Assembly (NCBI GenBank): GCA_963767605.1
Contig: CAVYEP010000014.1
Span: 106,696-170,695, forward strand
DNA length: 64,000 bases
Source of the DNA: an uncultured Acidobacteriaceae bacterium
GTDB lineage: Bacteria > Acidobacteriota > Terriglobia > Terriglobales > Acidobacteriaceae
Reading direction: 5' to 3'
Made by a program: the position numbers and the translations under genes. The notes below the pieces were generated by a model that was given only the letters and a program-made list of their open reading frames with translations, was not told the DNA's origin and made no database searches. Within the stretch, counting starts at the first letter, position 1; each line of letters starts with the position of its first letter. This document shows, piece after piece, positions 49,992 to 58,539 of the stretch.

Positions 49992-50279
49992 TCAGTGTGT
50001 AAGCCGCCTTCGGACTTCCTCCGCCGACAAACCCGCCACGCGGATCACTTTGTTCCGGCTGGTCTGGCCGGCTGCAATAGTAATTGAGGACCGCGGCACA
50101 TTCAAAAGTTTGGCAAAGAACTCGGTGCAGGCTTGGTTGGCTTTGCCGTCGGCGGGAGGGGCGGTGAGGGAGACCTTCAGCGCGTCACCCACTTCGCCCG
50201 TGATGGCATTCTTCTTGGCGCGCGGGTGGACTTTGACCGCGAAGGTGGCGCCAGCGGGCGAGTCTTTTATCGCTGCCAT
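49992..50279 (-). CDS. DUF167 (YggU) family protein
   Basis: 95 aa. ...FAVKVHPRAKKNAITGEVGDALKVSLTAPPADGKANQACTEFFAKLL. Adjacent to yggS, as in many bacteria. Confidence 0.85.
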   Translation of the reverse strand: MAAIKDSPAGATFAVKVHPRAKKNAITGEVGDALKVSLTAPPADGKANQACTEFFAKLLNVPRSSITIAAGQTSRNKVIRVAGLSAEEVRRRLTH

Positions 50280-50289
50280 CGGAAGGCTC

Positions 50290-50374
50290 TACCACAGAGG
50301 GCACAAAGATACACGGGGGATTTGCATAAATAACGTTGGGTTCCCCCGTGCACCTCCGTGCCCCCTGTGGTTAA
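50290..50374. repeat. AACCACAGAGG-family palindromic element
   Basis: Left arm taccacagagggcacaaagatacacggggga. Right arm tcccccgtgcacctccgtgccccctgtggttaa. Lies between yggU and yggS and overlaps the yggS stop. Confidence 0.9.
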
Positions 50375-51075
50375 CGTTTTTCTCTCTCCCCGAAGATCGC
50401 GGTCCCCACGCGCACGCAGGTTGCCCCCTCTTCAATCGCGACTTCGAAATCGTGCGACATGCCCATGGAGACCACATCCATCGAGACGGCGGGCAAGCGT
50501 CGGGCGGCAATTCCATCGCGAATTTCGCGTAACTGCCGGAAGTAAGCCCGCGCGCCCTCTGGATCTTCAGTGTATGGCGGTACGGTCATCAACCCTCGGA
50601 CCCTCAAGTTCTTCCACCGCGGCGCGCCTTGCAGAATCTGCTCCAGTTCGTCCGAGCTTGGTTCGACCCCGCTTTTTGCCTGCTCGCCACCGACGTTGAT
50701 TTCGATCAGGACGGATAATATCTTGCCCGCGCCTTCCGCGGATGCATTCAGCTTCTCCGCCAACCGCACGGAGTCGACCGAATCCACCGCGTCGAACAAC
50801 TCCGTTGCCTTCGCGGCTTTGTTGGACTGCAGATGTCCGATCAGGTGCCATTCTGCGTCGGGCAAGTCGCCCAAAGCGCCCGCCTTTCCGGCAAACTCCT
50901 GCACCCGGTTCTCGCCGAAGACGCGCAGGCCGGCGGCATGCGCCTCGCGGATTCGTTCGGTCGGAAACGTCTTGCTCACGCCCATCAACGTGATTCCGTT
51001 TGGATCGCGGCCAGACCGCCGCGCTGCGGCTGCGATCCGCTCCCGCACCTGGGCAATATTTTCTGCAATCGACAT
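50371..51075 (-). CDS. yggS: YggS-family pyridoxal-phosphate homeostasis protein
   Basis: From ATG 51075 (MSIAENIAQVRERI...). ...LMGVSKTFP..., HLIGHLQSNK, SMGMSHDFEVAIEEGAT.VRVG. Confidence 0.88.
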   Translation of the reverse strand: MSIAENIAQVRERIAAAARRSGRDPNGITLMGVSKTFPTERIREAHAAGLRVFGENRVQEFAGKAGALGDLPDAEWHLIGHLQSNKAAKATELFDAVDSVDSVRLAEKLNASAEGAGKILSVLIEINVGGEQAKSGVEPSSDELEQILQGAPRWKNLRVRGLMTVPPYTEDPEGARAYFRQLREIRDGIAARRLPAVSMDVVSMGMSHDFEVAIEEGATCVRVGTAIFGEREKR

Positions 51076-51082
51076 AGAGCGA

Positions 51083-51167
51083 AAACCACGAAGGACACAA
51101 AGTATCACGAAGGGGAACTCTCCTGAACTGGCTTCCTTCGTGAACCTTAGTGTCCTTCGTGGTTAAA
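51083..51167. repeat. AACCAC[AG][GA]AGG-family palindromic element (ACGAAGG variant)
   Basis: Left arm aaaccacgaaggacacaaagtatcacgaagggga. Right arm cttccttcgtgaaccttagtgtccttcgtggttaaa. Confidence 0.9.
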
Positions 51168-51225
51168 GCACCCGCTTGCAGCGGCACAGTTCAAAATTCT
51201 GCAATCCGACCTCGAACATCTGACC

Positions 51226-53281
51226 TCACATAATCGCTGTCGGCGGAGCCGGATCCTCGGGCCTGCCGGCGTTCGCCAGCGGAACGCGGATCATGACAAT
51301 CGCCAGTATGGCGAGCGCGCCGAGCGCCAGAAAGAATGACGGAGTCCACGTGAACAACGTGACGTCGCGGCCAGAGCCCACCAAAGCCGCGATGGCCAGG
51401 CCGCACAGCGCCTCGCCCGCGATCAGACCCGAGGCCGTCAGGACGCCGGCGTTTTCCACGCGCGCCTTCTGCGCATCGTTCAAGCCACGGCGATCGCGCA
51501 ACGTGTCGGTGATCCAGCGAATCACGCCTCCGATAAAAATGGCAAAGGTTGTGCCTAACGGCAGATACATGCCGACCGCAAACAGCATCACGCTCTTTAC
51601 CTCGATCATGATCATGGCCAGTCCCAAGAGGATGCCCACGATCACCAGCGGCCACGCCATGTCGCCGCCAACAATTCCCTTCGACAGCATGGCCATTAAG
51701 CCCGCCTGCGGGGCGGGAAGAGCGGGACTGCCGAAGTGATAGGCCTTATCGAGGATCGCCACGGGTACGAAAAGGACAAGCGATGCCACGACGATGCCGA
51801 AAAGATCTCCAATCTGCATCTTCGCAGGCGTGCCACCGAGGATGTGTCCGACCTTCAGGTCCTGCAGCATCTCACCCGCGACCGCCGACGAGACGCAGAC
51901 CACGGCTGCTACTCCAAGCACGGCTGCGACTCCACCGGTGCCCGATACTCCCAGAGCGACCATCAGCAGGGCGGCGATCACCAGCGTGCAGAGCGTGAGG
52001 CCCGACACGGGATTGTTCGACGAGCCGATCATCCCGACCAGATTGCCGGAAACCGCGGCGAAGAAGAATCCGACGACGATCATGACGCCAGCCGCGACCA
52101 GGGAGCCGGACAAGAATCTTGGAAGCGGAGAGGTTTCCTGCGCCGCTGATAAAGAAGTGATAGAGCAGGATCATGGCGACGAATACTACGGCGATCCCGG
52201 CGAAAACAGCTTTGGCGGGCAGGTCACGCTCGGTGCGATTGGTGGCAGCCTGCACTGCCGCCGACTTTTTCAGATCGGAAACAGCGCGGCCCATGCCGAG
52301 TGCCAATTGTTTGCGCATCTTGAAAAGCGTGTAGGTCGCGCCCACCAGCATCCCGCCGACCGCGATCGGCCGCACAATCGAGAAGTAGATCGCTTGTGCC
52401 AGCAGCGGCCAGGCGATGGTTTGTCCCTCGGGCATCGATGCCTGGATGTACGGACCGATAGTGAAGGTTAGGAGTGGAACCAGCAGGCCCCATGCCAACA
52501 CGCCTCCCGCGAAGTTCAAGGCAGCGAGTCTGGGGCCAATGATGTATCCCACGCCGAGATAGGCGGGGCTGATGTCGGGCGCCGTCATCAGTGTCGCGCC
52601 GCCGGTAATGGTCGTAGCCACGTTGGGATTTGTGCTGGTGCGGAGCAGCAGCTTCTTCCCCAAAGCGCTGATCTTCATGGGGAAGGTGTTGCTGGGATTG
52701 AATACGTTGATCGCTCCCAGGAGATACATGAACGCGCCGAAGCCCATGTTGGCGAACAGAATTTTTGCGGCCTTAGCTCCTTGTTGCCCAGCCTTGTGAA
52801 TCTCGGAGGCAGCCACGGATTCAGGAAACGGCAGATCGGGATCCTCGACCATCACGCGGCGCAGGAGGGTCACGAACAGAATGCCGAGCGTCCCGCCAAT
52901 CAACATCAGAGCTACCGACTTCCAATATTCGTCGCGAGTGAGCCCCGGCCAAATCCCGGCCATCACAAAGGCAGGGATCGTGAATATAGCGCCGGCCGCC
53001 ACCGATTCTCCAATCGAGCCCACGGTTCGCGCGATGTTCTCTTCCAGCAGCGACCCCTTCATCAAGCGCAGCAGTGCCATGGAGATGACGGCCGCCGGAT
53101 AGGTCGCGGCAATCGTCATCCCCGCCTTCAGGCCGAGGTAAGCGTTGGCCGAGCCCAACAGGGCGGTCAGGAACAGTCCGATCAGTACAGCCCGGAAGGT
53201 AAACTCCTTCATTTCCATCGTTTCTGGAACATAAGGGCGATGCTTGCGGGGAGCTTCGGTACTCGCCACAGTAGTGCTCAT
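51226..53281 (-). pseudogene. OPT-family oligopeptide transporter, frame broken once
   Basis: ORF 51872..53281 (...EFTFRAVLIGL...GLKAGMTIAATYPAAVISMA...) joins ORF 51226..52113 (...SGSLVAAGVMIVVGFFFAAVSGNLVGMIGSSNNPVSG...) near 52112. Confidence 0.8.
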
Positions 53282-53461
53282 GAGGACCTCGTCGTGAATC
53301 GGGATTTCATCACAGATTAACAGTAGCAGCGACGGCGCACCTTACCATGAGGAAAGGCAGGTTTACAAGTGCAGCTCTCACTGGGCAAGGTGGGGTGAGC
53401 GACGACCTGCTTTTTTGTCCGAAACTTTTCCTTGCAACTTTGCGCCTTAACCGGGGTTAGA

Positions 53462-53761
53462 ATGGTCTCAACCAGTGGGTGTCCCGTGACTTCCGTTGCC
53501 AGATCCTCTTGGAGCCGATTTTTGGAGGAATTCCACTGCCGGGGATGTGGCGCTCACCACGCCTATCGCTCCCGCCCCCGTGGGTTCTTTGAACGACATG
53601 TGCTTCGGTTCTTGTTGCTGCAAGCGGTCCGCTGTGAGCGATGCTCTCACCGAAGCTACGTGTTGAGTACAATTCCAGCGCTCGAACGCGTTCCGCCCGG
53701 CCGTAAGCAGTCACAGAGTGAACCGGCAGGCGATTCGAAGTCCGATGGCCGCGTTGCATAG
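53462..53761 (+). CDS. possible small zinc-ribbon protein
   Basis: From ATG 53462. ...FHCRGCGAHHAYRSRPRGFFERHVLRFLLLQAVRCERCSHR... (CxxC...CxxC). Confidence 0.4.
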   Translation: MVSTSGCPVTSVARSSWSRFLEEFHCRGCGAHHAYRSRPRGFFERHVLRFLLLQAVRCERCSHRSYVLSTIPALERVPPGRKQSQSEPAGDSKSDGRVA

Positions 53762-53804
53762 GGCGTGCGCCGCGGCTTATACTGACGGAGTGTAGCTTGG
53801 CGAG

Positions 53805-54872
53805 GTGTTGTCGGCTTGCCAGGTGCGGGAGGCTGTCTTCAGCAGTAGCAGCACTGGGTTTCGAATACGGGCTGCCCAGGGCCAAGCGGTGACGCGTGGT
53901 TTGGCAGATCATGGTTTGGCAGATCGCGGTTTGGCAGATCATGGTGTGGCAAAGCAAGGGTTCGCCGGCTTTGCCGAGCGCGTTGCTGCGACTTTATTCT
54001 TCACGTTTTTTCCTGCCGATTGCCGTATCTGTGGTTCCCCGCTGCTTCGAGTTTCCCGGCTCCCCGTTTGTGAGACCTGCTTGACCGCGCTGCGACCGCT
54101 AAAGGGGTCGTACTGCGCGGTTTGTGGAGCAGCGATGAACTGGCCGGGCTACCTTGATTGCGAAGAGGCGGATCGCGGAGAGGTGAATGGTGGCGAAGTT
54201 CGGTGTCTGCTTTGTCAGCGCATCGATCCTCCCTTCGAGCGGGCGGTCGCCTACGGCAGCTATGCCGGCGGACTGCGCGATTTGATCCATGTACTCAAGT
54301 TCGAGCAGGTTCGTCCGGCGGCGGCCGTTCTGGGACGCGTGTTGGCAGAAACGATTGCCAACCTGGAAAAGGCGATGCCCGTCGGGACCATCGTGGTCGT
54401 CCCCGTTCCCCTGCATGCAAGCAAACAGGCGCAGCGCGGATTCAATCAGGCGGAGATGATCGCACGGAGTGCGCTCAAGCAACTGTCGCGCCCAAATCCA
54501 AATTCAAAGAGGTTCGATCTGTCGACCGGAGTTCTGCTGCGCCGCCGCGACACGGGAAGCCAGATTGGCCTGACCAGTCATCAACGGCGCGAGAACCTGC
54601 GTGGCGCTTTTGCGGTGAGCGATCCAGCGCGAATCGTGAACCGCGACATCTTATTGATCGATGACGTGTACACGACGGGGACCACGGCGTCCGAGTGCGC
54701 GCGGGTGCTTCTCCGAGCTGGGGCGGCGCGGGTGTGGGTGGCGACCGTGGCGCGCACGCTGAAGATTTACGATGTCATTTCGTTGCCGGAAAACATGGCG
54801 GGGAATCTGCCGGAGGAAGGGAGCGAAGATAGCCTGGACCAAGCCCGCGTGGGCATGGCGGCTCACGGGTAG
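53805..54872 (+). CDS. comF: ComF-family (phosphoribosyltransferase-like) protein
   Basis: ...FFPADCRICGSPL...PVCETCL...CAVCG... zinc-finger part and ...ILLIDDVYTTGTTASECARVL PRT motif. The true start is probably near GTG 53946; the upstream ORF part is a 15-bp tandem repeat. Confidence 0.8.
   Translation: MLSACQVREAVFSSSSTGFRIRAAQGQAVTRGLADHGLADRGLADHGVAKQGFAGFAERVAATLFFTFFPADCRICGSPLLRVSRLPVCETCLTALRPLKGSYCAVCGAAMNWPGYLDCEEADRGEVNGGEVRCLLCQRIDPPFERAVAYGSYAGGLRDLIHVLKFEQVRPAAAVLGRVLAETIANLEKAMPVGTIVVVPVPLHASKQAQRGFNQAEMIARSALKQLSRPNPNSKRFDLSTGVLLRRRDTGSQIGLTSHQRRENLRGAFAVSDPARIVNRDILLIDDVYTTGTTASECARVLLRAGAARVWVATVARTLKIYDVISLPENMAGNLPEEGSEDSLDQARVGMAAHG
53898..53957. repeat. 4 x 15-bp tandem repeat at the 5' end of comF
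   Basis: ggtttggcagatcat / ggtttggcagatcgc / ggtttggcagatcat / ggtgtggcaaagcaa. Confidence 0.9.
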
Positions 54873-54878
54873 AAGATC

Positions 54879-55487
54879 ATGTCGTTGCGATTCCACAATT
54901 TCGGCGGAAGTATCCGGCCGCACCTTCCGGCGGCGATGCTTGCCCCTGGACATCATCAAGAGAATGACGGCCACGCGCTGCATCAGCCGGTGCTGGTGCT
55001 GAACGCCTCCTACGAGCCGATCAACGTCTGCGCCGCGCGCCGCGCGATCGTGCTGGTGTTGAAGGGCGTTGCCATGACCGAAGAGGAAAACGGACATTTC
55101 CTGCACGCTGCCCGCGTTGCCATGCGCGTGCCCTCGGTGATCCGGCTGCTGGAGTATCGCCGCATTCCGCATCAGTCGCGGGCGCTGTCACGAAAGAACA
55201 TTTTGCTGCGCGACCGCAACACCTGCCAGTACTGCAGCACCACGCTCCCCTCCGGCGAACTTACGCTGGACCACGTGATTCCCCGCTCGCGCGGCGGTCT
55301 CTCCACCTGGGAGAACCTGGTCGCCTGTTGCCATCCCTGCAACCGCCGCAAAGGCAACCAGCTTCCCCACGAAGCCAACATGAGGCCCATGCGCGAACCT
55401 CGCTCCTTCAATCTCCACACTAGCCGCCACATCATGCGGCTGATGGGGCACTCGGACGATAAGTGGAGAAAATACTTGTTTTATTGA
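54879..55487 (+). CDS. HNH endonuclease
   Basis: ...[13 protein letters not shown]...[10 protein letters not shown]...[33 protein letters not shown]. Confidence 0.85.
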   Translation: MSLRFHNFGGSIRPHLPAAMLAPGHHQENDGHALHQPVLVLNASYEPINVCAARRAIVLVLKGVAMTEEENGHFLHAARVAMRVPSVIRLLEYRRIPHQSRALSRKNILLRDRNTCQYCSTTLPSGELTLDHVIPRSRGGLSTWENLVACCHPCNRRKGNQLPHEANMRPMREPRSFNLHTSRHIMRLMGHSDDKWRKYLFY

Positions 55488-55541
55488 GGGGTCGAAGGCT
55501 GGCACGCAGGTTTCACTGTTTCACTAAGGACTCAAAATCAA

Positions 55542-55624
55542 ATTGTCATCCTGAGCGAAGCGAAGGACCTGCTCTCTTTTGCATCGGCAAGAAGCAGGTC
55601 TTTCGCTTCGCTCAAGATGACAAT
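55542..55624. repeat. 32-bp-arm palindromic element between convergent genes
   Basis: Left arm 55542..55573: attgtcatcctgagcgaagcgaaggacctgct. Right arm 55593..55624: agcaggtctttcgcttcgctcaagatgacaat. 2 mismatches. Confidence 0.9.
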
Positions 55625-55628
55625 CCTC

Positions 55629-56480
55629 TTACTGCGGCTTCGGCGGCTCAGGCGGTTTCTGCTCTCCTGGCTTTGGCTCCGCCTTCTGCACTTCCTGCCC
55701 TTCGTACGTGATCCTCGATCTTGATCCGAAGCGCTTGTAGTTGGTGTACTTGATGATCTCGCGGATCTTTACGTCTCCCAGGGCGAACTTGAGGGTGTCC
55801 TCGGCGCGCGTGTAGGTTGGGAACCAGTACTGGCCGTCAATCTGCTCGCGCCAGGTGGTGAATTTGGGGAACAGGTTCTCTTGGCCCTTCTTCTTCCGGA
55901 TGTCGGGGACGGTTTTGCCGTAAGTTTCCACGATTTGAAAATCGTGGTCGTCCACCCAGATTCGCCCCTGAAAATACCGCTTCTTGCCGACGATCTGCTT
56001 GGGGGCAATATCGAAAACATAGGTGTTCAGTTCGTCCTGCTTTTGCTGGCCGACGTAGAGGATGTCGTACTCCCCGATTTCATCCGAGGTCAGCACGAAC
56101 GGCAGGCGGTTCTCGATGTCGTCAAAATCTTCCTCGGTCATCTGGATGCGCTGCAGCGTGGGCTGCGGCGCGAAAACCACGTTTTTGACCTTGTGTCCCT
56201 TGTCGTCGAAGGTCACGTCGAACACTTGCTGGTAGTTGCCGTCCGGAGTGTCGCCGTCGAGCGTCATGACCTTGACGTCTTGCCGGTAGGTGTACTGATC
56301 GCGCGCCTCTTTGAACTGTTTTTCCTTGGTGGCGAAACGCTTGATGATTTCCTCGGCCGTGATCCCCTTAGGCTCGGACTTGTCGAGCGGGCCTTGCTGG
56401 GCGTGCGCCGCCTGAGGGACCGCAAGGACGGACAACAGAACGAACAACAGAATGACTGGCAGCAGGACGCTAAACCGCAC
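55629..56480 (-). CDS. secreted protein, LolA-like / outer-membrane lipoprotein-sorting fold (function tentative)
   Basis: GTG 56480. Signal MRFSVLLPVILLFVLLSVLAVPQAAHA. ...YFQGRIWVDDHDFQIVE... Pro/Lys-rich tail. Confidence 0.7.
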   Translation of the reverse strand: MRFSVLLPVILLFVLLSVLAVPQAAHAQQGPLDKSEPKGITAEEIIKRFATKEKQFKEARDQYTYRQDVKVMTLDGDTPDGNYQQVFDVTFDDKGHKVKNVVFAPQPTLQRIQMTEEDFDDIENRLPFVLTSDEIGEYDILYVGQQKQDELNTYVFDIAPKQIVGKKRYFQGRIWVDDHDFQIVETYGKTVPDIRKKKGQENLFPKFTTWREQIDGQYWFPTYTRAEDTLKFALGDVKIREIIKYTNYKRFGSRSRITYEGQEVQKAEPKPGEQKPPEPPKPQ

Positions 56481-56785
56481 AGACAGAGGAGGGGAACATC
56501 GAACCGCGCACGCGGGGACCGGAGTCTCATAAACCCTATTCTAACGAAAAACCGAGCACGGAAGAATTAACGGCAGCCTCCACCCCCAAGGGCCGCCGTG
56601 CAAACGGCCTTTCGCCGGGGGGTGGAAGACTGCAGTTCTGCCTATCTCATTGGATGCTTCAGGAGTCCGAAGGTTAGCCGAAATTACGTTTCTTTACCGT
56701 TGCGTTTTCGCGTTCGCGGCAAGCGACATGCGGTGAAGTTGTGCCCGTCCCAAAAGCAAAACAACCTAGGCTGGTTCAGCAGCCT

Positions 56786-56808
56786 GAGACGGGGCAAGCC
56801 CCGTCTAC
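56786..56808. repeat. single REP-like palindrome
   Basis: gagacgggg caag ccccgtct(a)c. Confidence 0.8.
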
Positions 56809-56850
56809 ACGAGCTCTTCCGTCCCGATACGAATGGCAGATACTCCGTGG

Positions 56851-57639
56851 TCAGCGCGAATTTCGCATGGCCCTCGCCATTCCCCATTCGACCACGCCCG
56901 GAAACAACTGGTACAGCTTGATGACGGGAATCATGGTCCAGGGGACGACGACCTCACGCTGTCTTTTGCGATAGCCGCGATAAGCCGCTTGCGCTACTCG
57001 CTCCGCCGTGACGCCACGCACCGACTTCGGCCGGATGCTGCTTTTGCGAGAAGCGAGCATGTTCTCGGCAAAGGCGGTACTAACGAAGCCAGGACAGACG
57101 GTGAGTACATGGATATTGGCGCGCCGCAGTTCCAGACGGGCGGCCTTCCCGAGGGCGTTCATGGCGAACTTACTGGCCGAATAAGCGGAACCGAAGGGCA
57201 AAGGAATGTGTCCGGCAACGCTCGAAATATTGATGATGGCGCCGCTGCCTTCTTTTTGCATCGCGGGAATGACGGCCTGCATGCCCGCGATCATGCCGAA
57301 GAAATTGGTTTCGAACAGTTCGCGGCAGGCGGACATATCCATTTCAGCGGCGGTGTCATACATGCCGATCCCGGCGTTGTTAACCCAGACATCGACGCGG
57401 CCGAAGTCGTGCAGCGTGAGGGCAACCGCGCGGTCGATCGCTTCGCGATTGCGCACGTCGCAGGCCAGGGCGAGCGTGCGACCGGTGTTACCGACGCGCT
57501 GGGGGGCGGCCTCGGCGCGACTGGCATCGCGCGACAACAAGACGACGCTCGCCCCGGCGTCGGCGAAAACTTTGGCTATCGCTTCCCCAATGCCCATGGA
57601 AGCCCCGGTTACAACCACCACTTTTCCGTCCATCTCCAT
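56851..57639 (-). CDS. SDR-family oxidoreductase
   Basis: From ATG 57639. VVVVTGASMGIGEAIA (TGxxxGxG), NNAG, YSASK. Confidence 0.88.
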   Translation of the reverse strand: MEMDGKVVVVTGASMGIGEAIAKVFADAGASVVLLSRDASRAEAAPQRVGNTGRTLALACDVRNREAIDRAVALTLHDFGRVDVWVNNAGIGMYDTAAEMDMSACRELFETNFFGMIAGMQAVIPAMQKEGSGAIINISSVAGHIPLPFGSAYSASKFAMNALGKAARLELRRANIHVLTVCPGFVSTAFAENMLASRKSSIRPKSVRGVTAERVAQAAYRGYRKRQREVVVPWTMIPVIKLYQLFPGVVEWGMARAMRNSR

Positions 57640-57684
57640 GGCGACTCTTGTATCGCGCGGCGGGCGGCAAGTCAAACGAGGGCA

Positions 57685-57776
57685 AGCTATCAGCTGTCAG
57701 CTATCAGCTATCAGTGAGAACCGAAACGCTTAGGTTTTACTGAGAGCTGATAGCTGATAGCTGAGAGCTGACAGCT
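57685..57776. repeat. word-periodic hairpin (AGCTATC heptads)
   Basis: Left arm agctatcagctgtcagctatcagctatcagtgag. Right arm ctgagagctgatagctgatagctgagagctgacagct. Confidence 0.9.
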
Positions 57777-57812
57777 TCTCAATGGCGTAAAATTGCTGCA
57801 CTGGAAAACGCC

Positions 57813-58415
57813 GTGAATTCACTGTTGCCCATCTTCCCGCTCGATCTGGTGCTGTTGCCGGGCGTTCCCTTGCCGCTGCATATTTTCGAGCCGCGGTATC
57901 GGGAGATGATCGCGGAATGCCTGGAGCGGAAGAAACCGTTTGGGGTGGTGCGGGTGTCCTCGGACGGAGTTGCCGATATCGGCTGCACGGCTGAGATCAT
58001 GTCGGTCACCAAGAAATACGACGATGGGCGGATGGACATCCTGACGCGTGGGGTCGAGCGCTTTGAGGTGATTCATGTCAACAACGATCGATCGTTTTTG
58101 CAAGCCGAGATTTCGGTGATGCAGGACGAAGACGAAGACGAAGACGAGCCCGGCAAGCCGACAGCGCAATTGGCGACGCAGGCCGTACGGTTGCACGCCG
58201 AGATCGCGAAACTGGCCGGAACAGAGCCCTCGGGGCCCGACGAACATGCGGGCAATCTATCCTTTTTGCTCGCCGGATCGCTACCGCTCGATCTCGACTT
58301 CAAGCAGAACCTGCTTTCGACTTTGTCGGAAGCAAAACGGCTGGAAGCGGTGATCGGCTATCTCGAAGCGGTTCTGCCGGGACTGCGGCGGGCAGCGAAG
58401 GCGCAGTGGAATTAG
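57813..58415 (+). CDS. Lon N-terminal (LON substrate-binding) domain protein
   Basis: GTG 57813. LPIFPLDLVLLPGVPLPLHIFEPRYREMI...KPFGVV. 200 aa, with no ATPase or protease part. Confidence 0.8.
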   Translation: MNSLLPIFPLDLVLLPGVPLPLHIFEPRYREMIAECLERKKPFGVVRVSSDGVADIGCTAEIMSVTKKYDDGRMDILTRGVERFEVIHVNNDRSFLQAEISVMQDEDEDEDEPGKPTAQLATQAVRLHAEIAKLAGTEPSGPDEHAGNLSFLLAGSLPLDLDFKQNLLSTLSEAKRLEAVIGYLEAVLPGLRRAAKAQWN

Positions 58416-58423
58416 CGCTTCCC

Positions 58424-58490
58424 GGTAGAGACGCGGCTTGCCGCGTCTCCCCGCCGCATTTAAAGAAGACGGGGCAAGCCCCGTCTCTAC
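58424..58490. repeat. inverted pair of REP-like palindromes right after a stop codon
   Basis: ggtagagacgcggcttgccgcgtctccccgcc (core 58428..58449) and gaagacggggcaagccccgtctctac (58465..58490). Confidence 0.9.
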
Positions 58491-58539
58491 TCTAGGGCGG
58501 TATAATCCACCTAAGATTTCTTCCTGTGGGGGTTCCACC

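Noticed and set aside
55463-55711. 82-aa ORF ...NCHPERSEGPALFCIGKKQVFRFAQDDNP...
   Set aside because: It reads straight through both arms of the 32-bp-arm palindrome, and its 3' part overlaps the convergent secreted-protein gene.
58438-58539. N-terminal extension MPRLPAAFKEDGASPVSTLGRYNPPK... of the AAA+ ATPase ORF. Similar extensions occur at 23120..23197, 12233..12259 and 51076..51108.
   Set aside because: The extensions are translations of REP or palindromic elements. Conserved protein sequence begins at the internal ATG in each case.
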